64,000 bases of DNA from Patellaria atrata CBS 101060 (taxonomy: Eukaryota), in the NCBI GenBank assembly GCA_010093705.1, contig MU006094.1:719550-783549 (forward strand), read 5' to 3'. Below the pieces are notes generated by a model. The model worked only from the letters and a program-made list of their open reading frames with translations. It was not told the DNA's origin and ran no database searches. Both the position numbers and the translations under genes were made by a program. Positions 49,301-62,314 of the stretch are shown piece by piece. Every line of letters begins with the position of its first letter. Within the stretch, counting starts at the first letter, position 1.

Positions 49301-50407
49301 AAGAAGAGCAGCACCCCTCAGATTGCTCAACCAGAGCTACCGAATCAACCTGATCTTACTTTGAACCCTATTCCGACGCTCAGGTTCCCTCAAAATCCTG
49401 GTTTCGTGATTCACGAGGATACTGCCACGGACAAAGGTAAAGACAAGCGGTCTAGCGCTGATACCACTTCAGAGAAGGCCAAAGACCAAACACTCAGGAA
49501 GAAGAAGAGTAGTTGGTTCAGACGCTCTAAGACGGATGATAAGGAAAATCAATCAACCGAATCCGCCCGACCAAAGGTCCCCGAGACCTGGACAGCTTTC
49601 GACAACAATCGAGCCAGGAACGTTTTGAACGATGGTTCGGTCTTGAAGCATACGAAGAGGGAGAGCGATGAGACCAGCGAGTTTCCCCGCAGGGCAACAG
49701 TGAACAGCAAAGCTACTGGCAAGCGTGGATTCTTGAAACGCTGGTTGGGTAAGAAGGACAATGTCGGCATGAGCCTTGGATTGGGCTTAGCGTGTAAGTG
49801 TTATTGGACATTTCGTATCATGGACTTCTCTAACCAGACCTTATAGCAACCGCAAACCTTTCTAACACTAGTCTTGGATCCTTCGACTATGATCTTCGCA
49901 ACCCAGATCCTAGAGATCGCCTAGCTGATGGTCAGACCAACTGGCTCTCTCGCTTCTTGCATTTCAAACCTGCGTGCAAAGTTATTTGCTTCAAGCTCGG
50001 CCGCGGGCGTGCTCGTCAAGAGACTGTGCGTCTCCTTCGTGAATGGCGCAAATACGGTGCTCGTGATGTCAAGTTCGACCGTCGCACTAATGTCATCGAG
50101 GCGAGGGTTGACAAGAAGAATTGTAAGTCCAATCCAGACAGGGTTTTTCTACAACGTAGCGGACGACCAACCTAACAAATGTATAGATCTCCGCATCAAG
50201 CCAGTCAGCTTCGTCTGCGAACTCTTCGTAATCCTCGAACACGGACGCCGTTCCAATTTGACCATTGCCCGTTTCACCCAGACCAAAGGCGCCGCTGCCT
50301 CGTTCCGAAAGGTCATTGATCTCGCCGAAGAAGTCTTGGAACGCCGTGGTCTCCTCGTCGAGGACGACGCCAAGAAGTCTGCCATGGCTGATGTACTTCA
50401 CGGCTGA
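46353..50407 (+). CDS. Nim1/Gin4/Hsl1-family Ser/Thr protein kinase with a C-terminal KA1-like domain
   Basis: IGPWQLGRTIGKGG, AAKIV, EREIVIMRL, HRDLKPEN, DFG, CGSPHYAAPE, LRTLWH, and C-terminal NWLSRFLHFKP...RFTQTKGAAASF. Four introns. Confidence 0.9.
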
Positions 50408-50648
50408 TATACTTTTGCTCAACAACATACTTCTCGGATAACCCTACTCGTGTTTACTTGGCGATATCGGATCTATCGCCTACAAGACAATTACTCTCAC
50501 ATAACCTCTACTCGACTTTACCTGGTGATATAGGAGGTTATTACAGGAGAGCTTATTGGATCGGAAAATTCGTGTGCTTATATTGGATCGGTTGATTGAA
50601 CCACGGTGGGACTTAATTATTGGATGTCGCTACCCCTTTATTGGGCTT

Positions 50649-50669
50649 TACTACTACTACTACTACTAC
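50649..50669. repeat. (TAC)7 microsatellite
   Basis: Read directly from the sequence. Confidence 0.9.
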
Positions 50670-52672
50670 GGTGATTTGGTCTTGGATTGCGACGACAATG
50701 TGTATATTACAGGTAAGGCGGAGTCAACATCAGCATCATGCAGCATTTGAAGTGGCAAAAAAAAAAAAAAGTGTCAGCGAGTAAACCTTTGGGTACTCCG
50801 CTATGGGCAATCACATCTGGCTTTTCACACACGAAATTGTACGAGAGGCGGACAGTTATGGTACATATTCCCGAAAAAAGACATCCGAAAAAAAAATCAT
50901 CTGTGAGTGTGTGTGCTTGGTGCTTTTGGAGGCTTGTAAAGGGTAGCCAGTTACGAAGAGTAGCGATTGTAGTAGATACTTATTTGCAGGAACCCGCCGC
51001 CCCCACCACCGAAAAATACAATATTGCAAAATTCCCATGGTGGAAGACTGAAGTGAATTGCTTGAGCTGCCGTGATACCTTGGACGTTCTTCATGTCTAC
51101 GATGGGATACCAATCGCCGCAATCGCCAAGGTCTTGTCACCCCGTTCGACGGAAAATGGGAGCATTGTCCTACTTGGGAATGGTCTGAAGGCCGGGAGAA
51201 CTACTGGACTCAAATGAAATGTTTGATGAGGTTGCAGGGTCTGCTTCTCACGCTTACCTTAACTTTCTACTGAGCCCTTAGGGTAGGCTGACTGATGGTT
51301 TGGAAGGGAGGACATCATGGTGATCAAGTGGTCCTCCGTTTCAAGCCGCGATTGGAGCGGGGACGCGTGTATGCATCTCGGAGGTGGTTGAGGCTCTGAG
51401 AGATCTAGGGATATAATGGAGGTGGAGTAGGTGGGGTTGGGACGGAGGTAAGTTTTTATTTCCGGTGGATGGGATTGTTTGGTGTGGGGTCCGGGGTAAC
51501 GGGAGACTAAGAAGCTACCTTAAGGTAAGGTAGGTGCGTTGTTGGAGGTAATGAGGTCAGGGATTATTGGAACCGTGAGGGGCTGGGTATAACGGAGGTT
51601 GTTGGATCTAATATTAAGCTTAGTATAGTTTTTGTGGGTTGGAAAAGTGGAAAGGGTGAGGTGGGTGGATTTGCTGCTTGCGGGATGAATATTATGGAAT
51701 TGATTGGATCAAGAAGGTCAATGATCTGAATCACTATCTATTTTAGTTCCTGGAGCTTATGGAAGTTTTACTATTCTAGAGCAATGAAAATACCATTGTA
51801 GTCCTTTTGAACATTTCTGGTCACGAAGCCCCACCTACACAAGAGAAATACGTATGTAATAGCTGATGCGGGTTTCTGACCCCGGAAAAGCAACCGCTCT
51901 CATACTCATATCGAATGCTTCCAGTAGTCGATGCAGCAACTGCAAGAGTCTTAAGACGGTGTGTAAAGACATCAATCCAAATTTACCCAGAGCCCAAACG
52001 GATATGTTCTAGCGCAAGAGAAGAAAACGACAAGAAGCAATCAATTAATTCCAGCACGTCTAAGGAGCAGAGCGAAGAGGAAGAGACATAGATATGTCTG
52101 CAACCTCTGAAAGGTAAATTCTTAACTAGCGGTTGACGTGAGACAACTTGCACTACACGCAGGAGCTGTAGGTAGGAGGAACTGGTCATTGAAAGATCAA
52201 GGTGTACAACCGTTTGATTTCGAAACATCATTATATTAAAAAGCACTACGTCTTTTCTTCGTGGATGCTACTCTAGGTAAAGGCGGACGCTCGTAGGACA
52301 CATTCGAGATGTGGATAGACGGATACACGAAGGTGCTAAGCCAACCAGGTCAGAAACCTGCGTCAAAATCGGCTCTTATCTACACTGTCGCTTGACATTG
52401 TTAGTATGATATGTGCTTGTTTCGAAAATGTAATGTCGATTTAAAGGTATTTTACTCACTGAAAGCTCTATCATGACCGAAATTGCCGGATACAAGTGAG
52501 CTGGACACAAGCAGGAAGGGAGGTGTCATCTGAAGCATTTGACAATGCACGCATCATTTTAAAGGGATATCCATGGTATCCTTCCTTTGGTGTAGTTCCC
52601 CGGAGGTTGCATCATACAGTGCGAATGGATACGCGGTGTTATTTCAGCACATCTGATCCACGTCCCACGCAT

Positions 52673-53225
52673 TCATACGCTTTGTTGGCTTTCATCCACA
52701 ATATAAGCCCTAACTATCCTGACTTCTTCCAAAGGCCTATCCTCCGCATCCGTCTTTATTAAGCCCATCCTCTGCACAATCCTTAGCCCATTCTTTACTC
52801 TTCCAAAAATTGTGTGCTTCCCGTCTAACCACGGTGTGGGCGCTAAGGTGATAAAGAATTGGCTTCCGTTGGTATTAGGTCCACTGTTTGCCATACTCAG
52901 AATTCCGGCTCCCGTATGTTTCAATGAGCTACTGATCTCGTCCTCAAACTTCTCGCCATAGATGGAAGCACCACCGCGTCCAGTACCGGTTGGATCGCCC
53001 GTCTGAATCATGAAGTTGGGAATGATACGATGGAAGATAATGCCATTGTAGTATCCACGAGATGCGAGAGTGGAAAAATTCTGACAGGTCTTCGAGGCGT
53101 GGTTAGTATATAGTTCGACCGTGATGGTGCCCTGGTCGAGATCATACAGTCAGCGTGAGCCATTGCGCAGAATGAAAAAGGGATAAACAAACCATGCTTG
53201 TTTCTAAAGCAACATTGGTGGTCAT
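52673..53225 (-). CDS. Cyclophilin-type peptidyl-prolyl isomerase, PPIL1-like
   Basis: [19 protein letters not shown]...[22 protein letters not shown]...[34 protein letters not shown]. One intron. Confidence 0.93.
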
Positions 53226-54433
53226 CGTCGGGTATAATTATCGGAATGCTAGATTTAGATATAATTCCAGTGTGTACTATTGATATTGAAGAGCAATGAA
53301 AGTCTGAGGTACTTCTGTACTTCGCCAAGGGACTGCGAGGATTTTCTAGGTTTCAAATTCATCCAATCACATACTGGAAGGCTTATGTACTACATTGCCT
53401 TACTTTCATCGTTCCAATCAGATGTTATTTCCCTATAAATAGTGGACAACCGATAATGTTCCGATAGCAGTAGTACGTATAAATATTCGACCCGCCCCTT
53501 GGGCTCCACCTCTTTCCTCTACCTACCGTCGTCTCCGTATTGCTTTCAGCTCTAGTCCTTGTATATATCCAGACTAGGTCTAAGGTACAGTGAGATCTTC
53601 AAATACAGTAGAGTACATAATCTTAGAGTTGAGCAACCCACTAAAAATGGGAATACTTTGCTAGCGTAGGTGACTTGTTTGCTATCCCAACTTCAATTCC
53701 GTCCTACACGGGCCTTCGAAGATAGATATGCAATATGGTAGAATGGTAAGATGGTAAGTAATGGCAATATCAAAGTACTTTGTTACTTTGAAATCCAGCT
53801 GCACAAATTTTCTCAAGTTGATTTCGTTCTCTCTGGACTGTGGATCATCATCTTTTCTTCGTAAGTTAAAGGCTTGCTTTTTCAACTCTATCAATCATAC
53901 ATCACCATTTACGTCAAAATCAACCTCTCTGGTTGTAATAGATATCCAAACATCCAGGATGCAACCGGCACTAACCTATCCAGTCGTATCGGGTGTGTAC
54001 CTCTACGACAGCCCTAGCTCTCGTCGTTGAAGGCGTATCAGAAAGAAAATAGTTTAATTGAAGATGATATTGCCGATTTGAAAATTTTTCTTACTTTCTT
54101 AATACTAGTGTAAAAAGTTTAAGACCTAAGACTCACGCTCGAGGGAGGTACACATCAACTCGGAAATTAGAGCCAAGCTTCTGGTTGCTACGACAACCAG
54201 CTCGAGGCGAGAGTAACTGAGCATATTATTCCAAAATCACAGCTTGTTAGTCATCTCAATACGCGCTAGAGCTCAAATCGTCTTTGTCAATTTTTCAAAT
54301 TCCTTGCAACTCCATCAACTTAACTTCTCCATTGCATCACCTCTCAACACACCCAGTCTTTTCCTTGCTTTAAGCACCCCCGCTTTTCTCAAGCTCAACC
54401 ACACCTCATTTTCACACGAGTCCTTTTTCGAAA

Positions 54434-56578
54434 ATGCCACCCTTCGTATCGCAAGATCCGGAAATCGCCTCGTCCACTGAAGGTCCGAATGCGTCTGAAG
54501 GTCCGAATGCGTCTGAAGGTCCGAATGCGTCTGAAGGTCCGAATGCGTCTGAAGGTCCGAATACCTCTGAAGCTTCGAATGTCTCTGAAGCTCCGAATAC
54601 CTCTGAAGCAGGGAACCCGATCGAACTACATCGCGTTAATTCGACAGACGGTACCAGTGATCAAGGTAACCGCGACCGCGATCGTAACGATGCTGCGGCC
54701 TTAACCCTCAGCATCCTCGAGCGTAGCGGGGTTTACGGGGTACGTTGACAGAGCTTATATGCTGGATGATCTGCTAACGAAATAGATGACAACTGCAAGG
54801 TATATGTCAATGCTGGGTATGCTCGGTCTCATAATCGTTCGGGCAATTGCTAATGCTCTCTGTAGCAATGGCCTTTTTGTTCACCGGAGCTCAGCTCCCT
54901 ATCTTACTCTACGGAACCGTGTCACCATTCATTATAATGGATATTGGTGACGCCCACGGGAAATTCATCTGGTTTGTACTGGCGCACATGATTGCCACAG
55001 CTTCTATCTCGCCATTTGTGGGCAGCCTGTCGGACCAGATTGGCCGTAAGTATGTCGCCCTTCTAGGGGCCTTCTTTATTATCCTAGGCTCGCTAATCTC
55101 CTCAACCGCTTCAAATATATCTGTTCTTATAGGTAAGCGGATTTGTCTATAGTTCGCCGGTCTTGTTTTGACGGAGCTAACAAAACACAGGTGGGATGGT
55201 TGTGGCTGGAATCGGTTCTGGAATCGCTCAGGTGGCAGCAATAGCCGTAACGTGTGAGCTTAACCCTAGGCCCGCTCGTGGAAAGGCCATTGCATTACTA
55301 CTTCTTCTCCTGATCCCAATCTCGCCTGCTGCGATGTACAGCCACCTTGTAGCGAAACAGAGCAGTTGGCGCCACGTGGGTTATCTCCCTGGGGGTTGGA
55401 CATTCCTCGGAATGATTCTAACGAGCATCTTCTACTACCCGCGTCCAATTCAAGAAGACTATAGGGAGGGGTTGAAGAAGGTGGATTTCGTTGGAGGCAT
55501 CTTGAGCACACTCGGCGTAGCTTTCCTACTAATTGGTCTTCAATGGGGAGCTTTTATGCAAGTGTGGAAGACTACAAGAGCATTGGTCCCACTTCTCCTT
55601 GGGATTATTGGATTAGGCAGCTTTGTATGCTGGGAGATGTATGGCCCCGAAAATCCAATACTTCCCAAGAGGTTGCGTCAAGATACCCGAACCTTGGGTA
55701 TTGCTCTCTTCATCATGTTTATCGCTGGTGCGAATACGGTTAGCGGTTTGATGTTCTGGCCGGTCGAAACATTCAATATCTATGATCAAAGTGCAGTCGC
55801 CATTGGGCTCAAGACGTTAGCTCTCGGACTTGCGGTCGCGACTGGAGCTATTGTGATGCTTTTTCTGATCAGCTTTCTTAAGGGCCGAGCTAGAGAGCTA
55901 CTCGTTGTTTCCACTGTTTTCACGGTCATTGGTATGTTCTCTCCTAATTTACTCATGAGAGAGTGATATTGATAATTCCGCAAAGGTAGCGCAGGTTTAG
56001 TGAAAGCCGATCGAGACAACATGGATCTCATGTGGTTTCCGATGATAGTCATGGCGTTCGGCCTGGGTGGATCGATCATTCCAACCCTGATCATCACTAC
56101 AATTGTCTGTCCAGATGATCTTGTTGGGACAATTACAGGTTTGGCGACAACGGTCCGTATAGTTGGATCTGGAATCGGTTATTGCGTCTACCAAAACATA
56201 TTCTTGAATAAACTGGGAACGGCTGTGACCCATCGTAAGTTCAAACTAGGTTATGATATATAGACACGATTAACACAATTAGATATTCCCGAATATTTGT
56301 TTCCTGCTCTAAACATCACCGACGCCTCTCACTGGGATATTGAAGAAGTTCTCGAGGTGATGATGAAATACACGAGCGGTATCTCTGACCTTCCTACTCT
56401 CGCTGATATGCCGACCATGGGCGAACACATCAAGATTCACATTCAACTAGCTTTTGTAGACACATACAAGTGGGTTTATTTCTCGAGCTTGGGCTTTGGG
56501 ATCGCAGGTGTTGTAGCCGCCTTCTTCATCAAAGACATTCATCGCTACATGAACGATCGCGCTCCGTTTGTTGGATGA
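54434..56578 (+). CDS. MFS transporter of the fungal Tri12-like efflux family
   Basis: Multi-exon gene with spliced MTTARYMSML|AMAFLFTGAQLP, PFVGSLSDQIGRKY, SWRHV, DFVGGILS, LQWG, YKWVYFSSLGFG. Confidence 0.82.
54477..54609 (+). repeat. Coding 18-bp tandem repeat (CTGAAGGTCCGAATGCGT; encodes EGPNAS), 4 perfect plus about 3.4 degenerate copies
   Basis: Read directly from the sequence, inside exon 1 of the MFS gene. Confidence 0.95.
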
Positions 56579-59500
56579 GCCATGCCTGGACCTGGCCTAC
56601 CCTTTTACAGACGGTCAAGAAAATACCTTGAATATCAGATTGTACGCATGAAGTCTTTCGACGTCAGAATACCTTGTCAAGGAAACATGGAGCCAAAATC
56701 TGGACGGATACGTTTCGAAGCAACATTTACTAGCCTCCTTGTTAGCAAGCTGGAGAAAGAAGAGTGATTGGGAAAGAGCACTTATGATTCCATGGATCTT
56801 ATTCGGATGTTGAGGTTTCCCGCTCAGCGACACTATTTTCTTTTCTTTGTCTCTTTTCCCATTTGTGGATTGAGCATGGCTACGGCCTTACTTCCTGTAA
56901 TGCTTTCATTGGCCTGAAGTCTTCGGTCTGGTCTCTAGGCCCGGCCTCACTGTCTGCCCTTGAAGCTCCTCTTCAGACTGTTTGTACTTTACTTCTCTTT
57001 CTCATCCAGATGCTCTAGGTTCTCCACGATTCGCCGGTGTTTCATTTGGACAGCTCCTCCACGGATCATCGAACATTTCGTTACGCATACGATCCAGGTT
57101 TACAGTCAAGGTCTACTACAACTACGATGCGAATTCAAGGATGGTTCAGAACAGCATCGCCACTTTGGTAGCACCGCGGCCACATCTATTGTGCCGATGG
57201 ACGCTACCTCGTGAAGGCTTGGACATTGGAAAATCAAGACACCCTTCAAAGGCCAGGGATAGTGGACTTGATCTAGTCATGTTTCTCGCATGCTAGGAGA
57301 ATCATTTATCGATGTATGGTTTCTCTAAAGCATTAGCTAAAAAGACAGGCCAACGATATACGACCACCATCACCAACACTTACGGCGCGCCCTATCAATA
57401 TCCGGAAGGTAGTAAGAAGGTAGCAGGAATATGTCGACGGCGACTAAATGTCAAGGAGAACCGTCTAACGGTATGGTTTCTCCCAAGACATTAGTGTGGA
57501 GCCAGATACAGGAGAGAGAAACCCGGGAACGCTAGGAATATATGACGGACTCTATCGATCTCCCTACCTTTCGTCGACGGGGTATGGAGACGATGAAGGT
57601 AATTGAAGGCAACTTGGTATTAAGGGCAACCATTTATCGGTGTGTGGTTGCTCTAATACACCAGCATAGAGCCAGAGAAGAAGAATCACACAGCCTATTG
57701 TTCGTAAGAACACAACCGACGAGTCCCATCACTGTCCGTACTTATCAACTGTGGTATGGAGACGATGGCAGCATGTCGAAAAGCACCTACACGACCGAAT
57801 AGAACTAAGGAATCACTCGATGAGTGAGCTTGTCCAGATACGACACGTCTATCTGCCTCAGTATTCCCCATGAACAACCCTTCGTGCAGCGCTCATCGCG
57901 AGGCAGAATCGAGCTTTCGAAGAACCCATCTTTAAACAGCGAGCGTTACCGAAACATCAGGTCTTTCTAAACAATGGGTCGGAGATTACAAGATATAATC
58001 AATCCTGAATCTATAGCAATATCTTTAACAAAAACCAATATATTTCATATTTAGTATGCAGTCTTCCAACCATCAAAACCATCAATCACGAGTGATGCTT
58101 GTAAATCGGATCTGTTGCAATGTAGCTGCGCCGCACGTTCTATGGTCTTGTATCGCTAACAGCATAATACTTCCAGCTCAAGTAAGATTTTTACAAAGAT
58201 TGATGAATGTTTTTCATTTATCGATTCACGAGTTGATCGATACTCAATTATTGAGCGATAATGCAAAGCTCTAGATCATGTTTCAGCTCGCTTCACAGGG
58301 CCTCTTTGGTACTTGTACTTGATGTACAGAACAATACAAGCGCCCGCCGGCCGCCGCCAACAACGAATGAGCAGCGCGTGGAACGTGCGGCTCCCAACCC
58401 GAGGTCTCGGAGCAAGCCAACAAAGCCATATCCAGCCCGAAGGCTTGCAGATGCTCATGAACCCTAGTCGAGACCCGGGATGGGCTTTTTACCCTTTATC
58501 TTTTTCTTTTTCTGACTTGGATCTTTTACCGGCGACTTTGATCAGTACATAAGTGATCACAAGAGATAGGGGAACGATGAGCCTAACCGTCTAAAGTAGT
58601 TATAATACTCAAGGAGGGAAGTGGTGAACGAAAAGGTGTGCGAAGCGATGATTCTGGGAAGGAGCCAAGTCGCGACTTTCAAGAAGATTCACCCAGAACA
58701 TCAATCATCAGCATGAAACTAACAAGTTTTTCGTTAAACCTCACAGACATTCATTATTATTATTACAGTATTTCACAGGACCACGGTTGATCTCATCTGC
58801 GTGATCTACAAATTCTTCCGCCTCCCGACGAGATTCCGGTTTTAGCTTGTCACACGTTCACCGAGATTGGTACTCCGCTCACAATCGTACATCGATCTCC
58901 TATCCACTCTTCATTCCTCAAATTTCTTACCTCTCACAACGTCTTACTCAGGTTTCGTGCAAGAGCAAAAAGTTTAGCTGGACTGCCAGATCAGGCTACA
59001 GATGAAACAGAGACTACGGCAGGAGAGAACTTAATCATCATCACCCGCATGCACCGCAGGCATCAAGCATCGCAAGCATCAGGCGTCACAGACCAAGAGC
59101 GAAAAGCGAAAAGCGAAAAAGCGATCACCTTCGATGGAGCTTGGGCGAATCAACTGACGCTACAGCCGCTTACGAGCGGGATCAGATCGATATTCCCTGG
59201 CCCCATCCCACGTGCCATCTCCAACTCTGGGTCTATTTTTGTAGCGCTGTTATGCACTGATGCACTTGTGCCATCTCTGGAGTCTCTGCTGATATATGAA
59301 GTGCCCACGGACCATATCACGGGTGCAGAACTTGCAGCTGAGCCTGCTGAGCTACCCATCCTGGTAGCAGGTAAGCATTTTTGGTCATAGCAACTGATAA
59401 TCTGTGTTTCCCCCCACAAGGGCACCACAATACCCGTGTGTTTTAGGAGGAGTAATAATATACAGTATCAAAACATCAATTGATCAAGGAATATCATTTG

Positions 59501-61562
59501 GATTTTCACCTTGATCGAAATGTCCAAATGTTCAAAAATGCGAAGAGACGCGATAGATATATACATCTGGGTCAGCGTCATCGCCCTTTTGCGCGCAACA
59601 CCGGCACCATCTCCCAAGCACCGATTTTCACTCTTTTGTATCGCCATGGCTTGAGGGAAAATGGTCAGAGGCTTGTAACGATCAATCTCGCGGCAACAGA
59701 AAATTACCGAGTGTCTGGGTTTTGGCTGAATCCAGGAAATTCAAGACACCTGTCAATCCTTCCATGCAACCCCCTTAACAGAGAATTAGTATCGCAGTTC
59801 ACGACGGAACTTCCCACAGGTCTGTCAGTGCCTAACCCTCGTTCCAAACTTCCAATTGATACCCTTGCCAATTTGATAAAATGTCATTGGGTGGGGTACA
59901 AGAATCTGTTGCCGCACCAAACACTTGGGAGTTGGATACAGTTTATTGTCTGGTACTGTCATATCGGAATATCCCTAAACACTCTTCCTCTGCGATACTG
60001 TAGAACTACAAGGGAAGATCCAACAATAGAGGGATGCATAAGAGACAGTCGTACGAAAGAAAACGAAAAAAGGAAAATGAAAGTGCAACATCAAGTTCTG
60101 TATATGAGATGGGGAAAGAGGCTCTCTCTTATCTTCTTTTTGTACTCTGTTGTTGTTGTTGTTGCTGACGGGTGGAGTTAATTTGAGGGCATGAAGGGTC
60201 AGCTCTCTTCTCATACCTTATTCTTGATTATCGTTTTAAACCCCGCCCCGACTGCACGGATGATCGCTTAGCCATGTCGACTTCTCCCAGCGCTAGAATT
60301 ATGTCAAGCGACTCAAGCCTTCAAGCGATGCAAGCGTGGGTTTAGGTAGAGACTGATATGCAGCGGTATGCAGTCGTGAGTCCAGCTATGCAGAAAGTCG
60401 CAAGGATTGAACAGGTGGTTTCCCTTAGCTTCCTGGCCAATATGCCGCCAGAAGCACCGCCAGTGTACCGCTAGTGCGCCGCTAGTGCACCGCTAGTTCT
60501 CGGTCCTGGCGCTCGGACTCGTCCATTTGTCAAAAACTCAATAACCTTCACGGTTTCTTGTCAGTGCTTCACTCGTCTTGCACTCTTTCACGTCCCTTCT
60601 CGCCGCATTTGGTGACCCAATCTCCCAATCGCTCCCAATCTACCGCCAACCCTTCAAGCCGGCCTTTGGTTTGATTGGCCGGAAGTCCTTTTTTTTTTTT
60701 TCTTTTGTTAGGCTTGTCCTACCCCAAAGTTACCCGCTCCAAGGGAAATCTGATGCCCTCGTTCTCACCAGAAGTGACCAGACTCCCTCGCACTTTCCCG
60801 TTGCTGAGACTCGCGCATACCAAACTCAGCAAGGTCAGAAAGCGGAAGTCGCGCATCCATCATCCCAGACTTGAGACTTTATTAGGTTCCAGGTTCGTTC
60901 TTGCGCTTCTCCGATCCAGATCATCTTTAAAAGCTGTGGAAGCTCGGACGAACCCTATGGGCTGGAGTACGGGAGATCCCAGAAGTAATCAGCCACGCGA
61001 AGGGGGACGCTGGGGGACAACTGGGGGATACCCATCAGAGACCCATCATACCCCTTGACGCGGCGTACATAATAGTTAAACTCACTCCCAACCCGCACGA
61101 AAGAGAATCGAAAGACAAAGCCAGCACGGCCAGCCTTGAAGCCTTCCCGTCCCTAAAGACGCCAGGCACCTGAGCTTAACAAAGGATCGCCACCTCTCTC
61201 AAGCCTCTCCGCACTTCCACACTGTTCACCGTGATCACTCGAGCACACTTTCAACCTTTCACTCACCTTCACTACAGTACACTCCAGCAGTGCGCAATCC
61301 TCTTGGTTTGCTTCGTGCAGTCGACAAGTTCTCTTACCGTGACCTTGGGATCCTCTACCTGTTGCTCTCCTACGGGTGTCTCTGTGTGTCTCTTGTGGAT
61401 TTCGGTCTTCCTCGCATTGTGCACTGTACTTCCTCTTCCTTGAGCTGGTAGAACCCGGACTACCATTCCCTGATCTTTTGGACAAGGCCTGTTCGTTGAT
61501 CATCGGATCCCTTTTCCACCCTCAGCACGGTCTTCGATCTGTTCCAGATATCATCATTACTA

Positions 61563-61564
<2 letters not shown>

Positions 61565-61606
<42 letters not shown>

Positions 61607-61633
61607 CATCCTCGTCCTCGTCCTCCTCCTCCT
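61565..61633. repeat. (CAT)13 microsatellite grading into CCT/CGT triplets
   Basis: Read directly from the sequence. Confidence 0.92.
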
Positions 61634-62314
61634 CTTGTAGTACTCCTTCATCGCACTGCATCTGCACGACCAGGCATCCGGGTTTTCCAACCTCATTGCC
61701 GTATTGCCCTGGGATACTGTGGCACTCTCGCCCTTGGAATTAATTCTTTGTACGCCCATCTCCTGAAAGTGGACTACTAGTTGTCCAGTAATTATTTGAG
61801 CTGACTGGGGTTTTCTAGAAGATTTCTGGATTCGCCTGCATTAACTCGTGTCACTGTTATACAAGACGGCGCAGGAACCAAATCGACTTGCGTCGACCTC
61901 GCGTTGCCCGCTATCTTTAATCTTCGGTGCACCACCCATTGCCGGAAAGTGACAGGCAGGATCATTCTAGGGAACACTGTTTTCTAATATCGATCGGGGC
62001 GAAAGAGTTTTACTTCATCTCCGCAGGGGCCCGTCTGACTTATCTTCATCTACTTTGCACCTGCAATTCGACCTAGTATCGCAGCACGCTCATTCTGCTT
62101 TCAGAATCATTCCCCCCTTCGAAAGCTTTTTGTCTAGCACGAGCTAGATACGACCGCACTCCTGGATTATCTACAGACCCAACGTGGTCATCTCTGGCCT
62201 GGTGCGAGCGTCCCCTCGTTATCAATCCCTCATTCCCAGCAGGTCGGTTTACCTTCTCCCCCATCGTCGGAAGTCGGAGGGCCAATAGGCCAGTATCAAG
62301 ACCAATCCGTCACC

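Noticed and set aside
54477..54609. CRISPR-like array
   Set aside because: Head-to-tail repeats with no spacers, inside a eukaryotic coding exon.
59480..60181. 233-aa ORF in the gene-poor region
   Set aside because: Starts at TTG, has no recognisable domain and runs through a GTT microsatellite; probably spurious.
61376..61780. Poly-His and poly-Met ORFs
   Set aside because: Artefacts of the (CAT)13 microsatellite.
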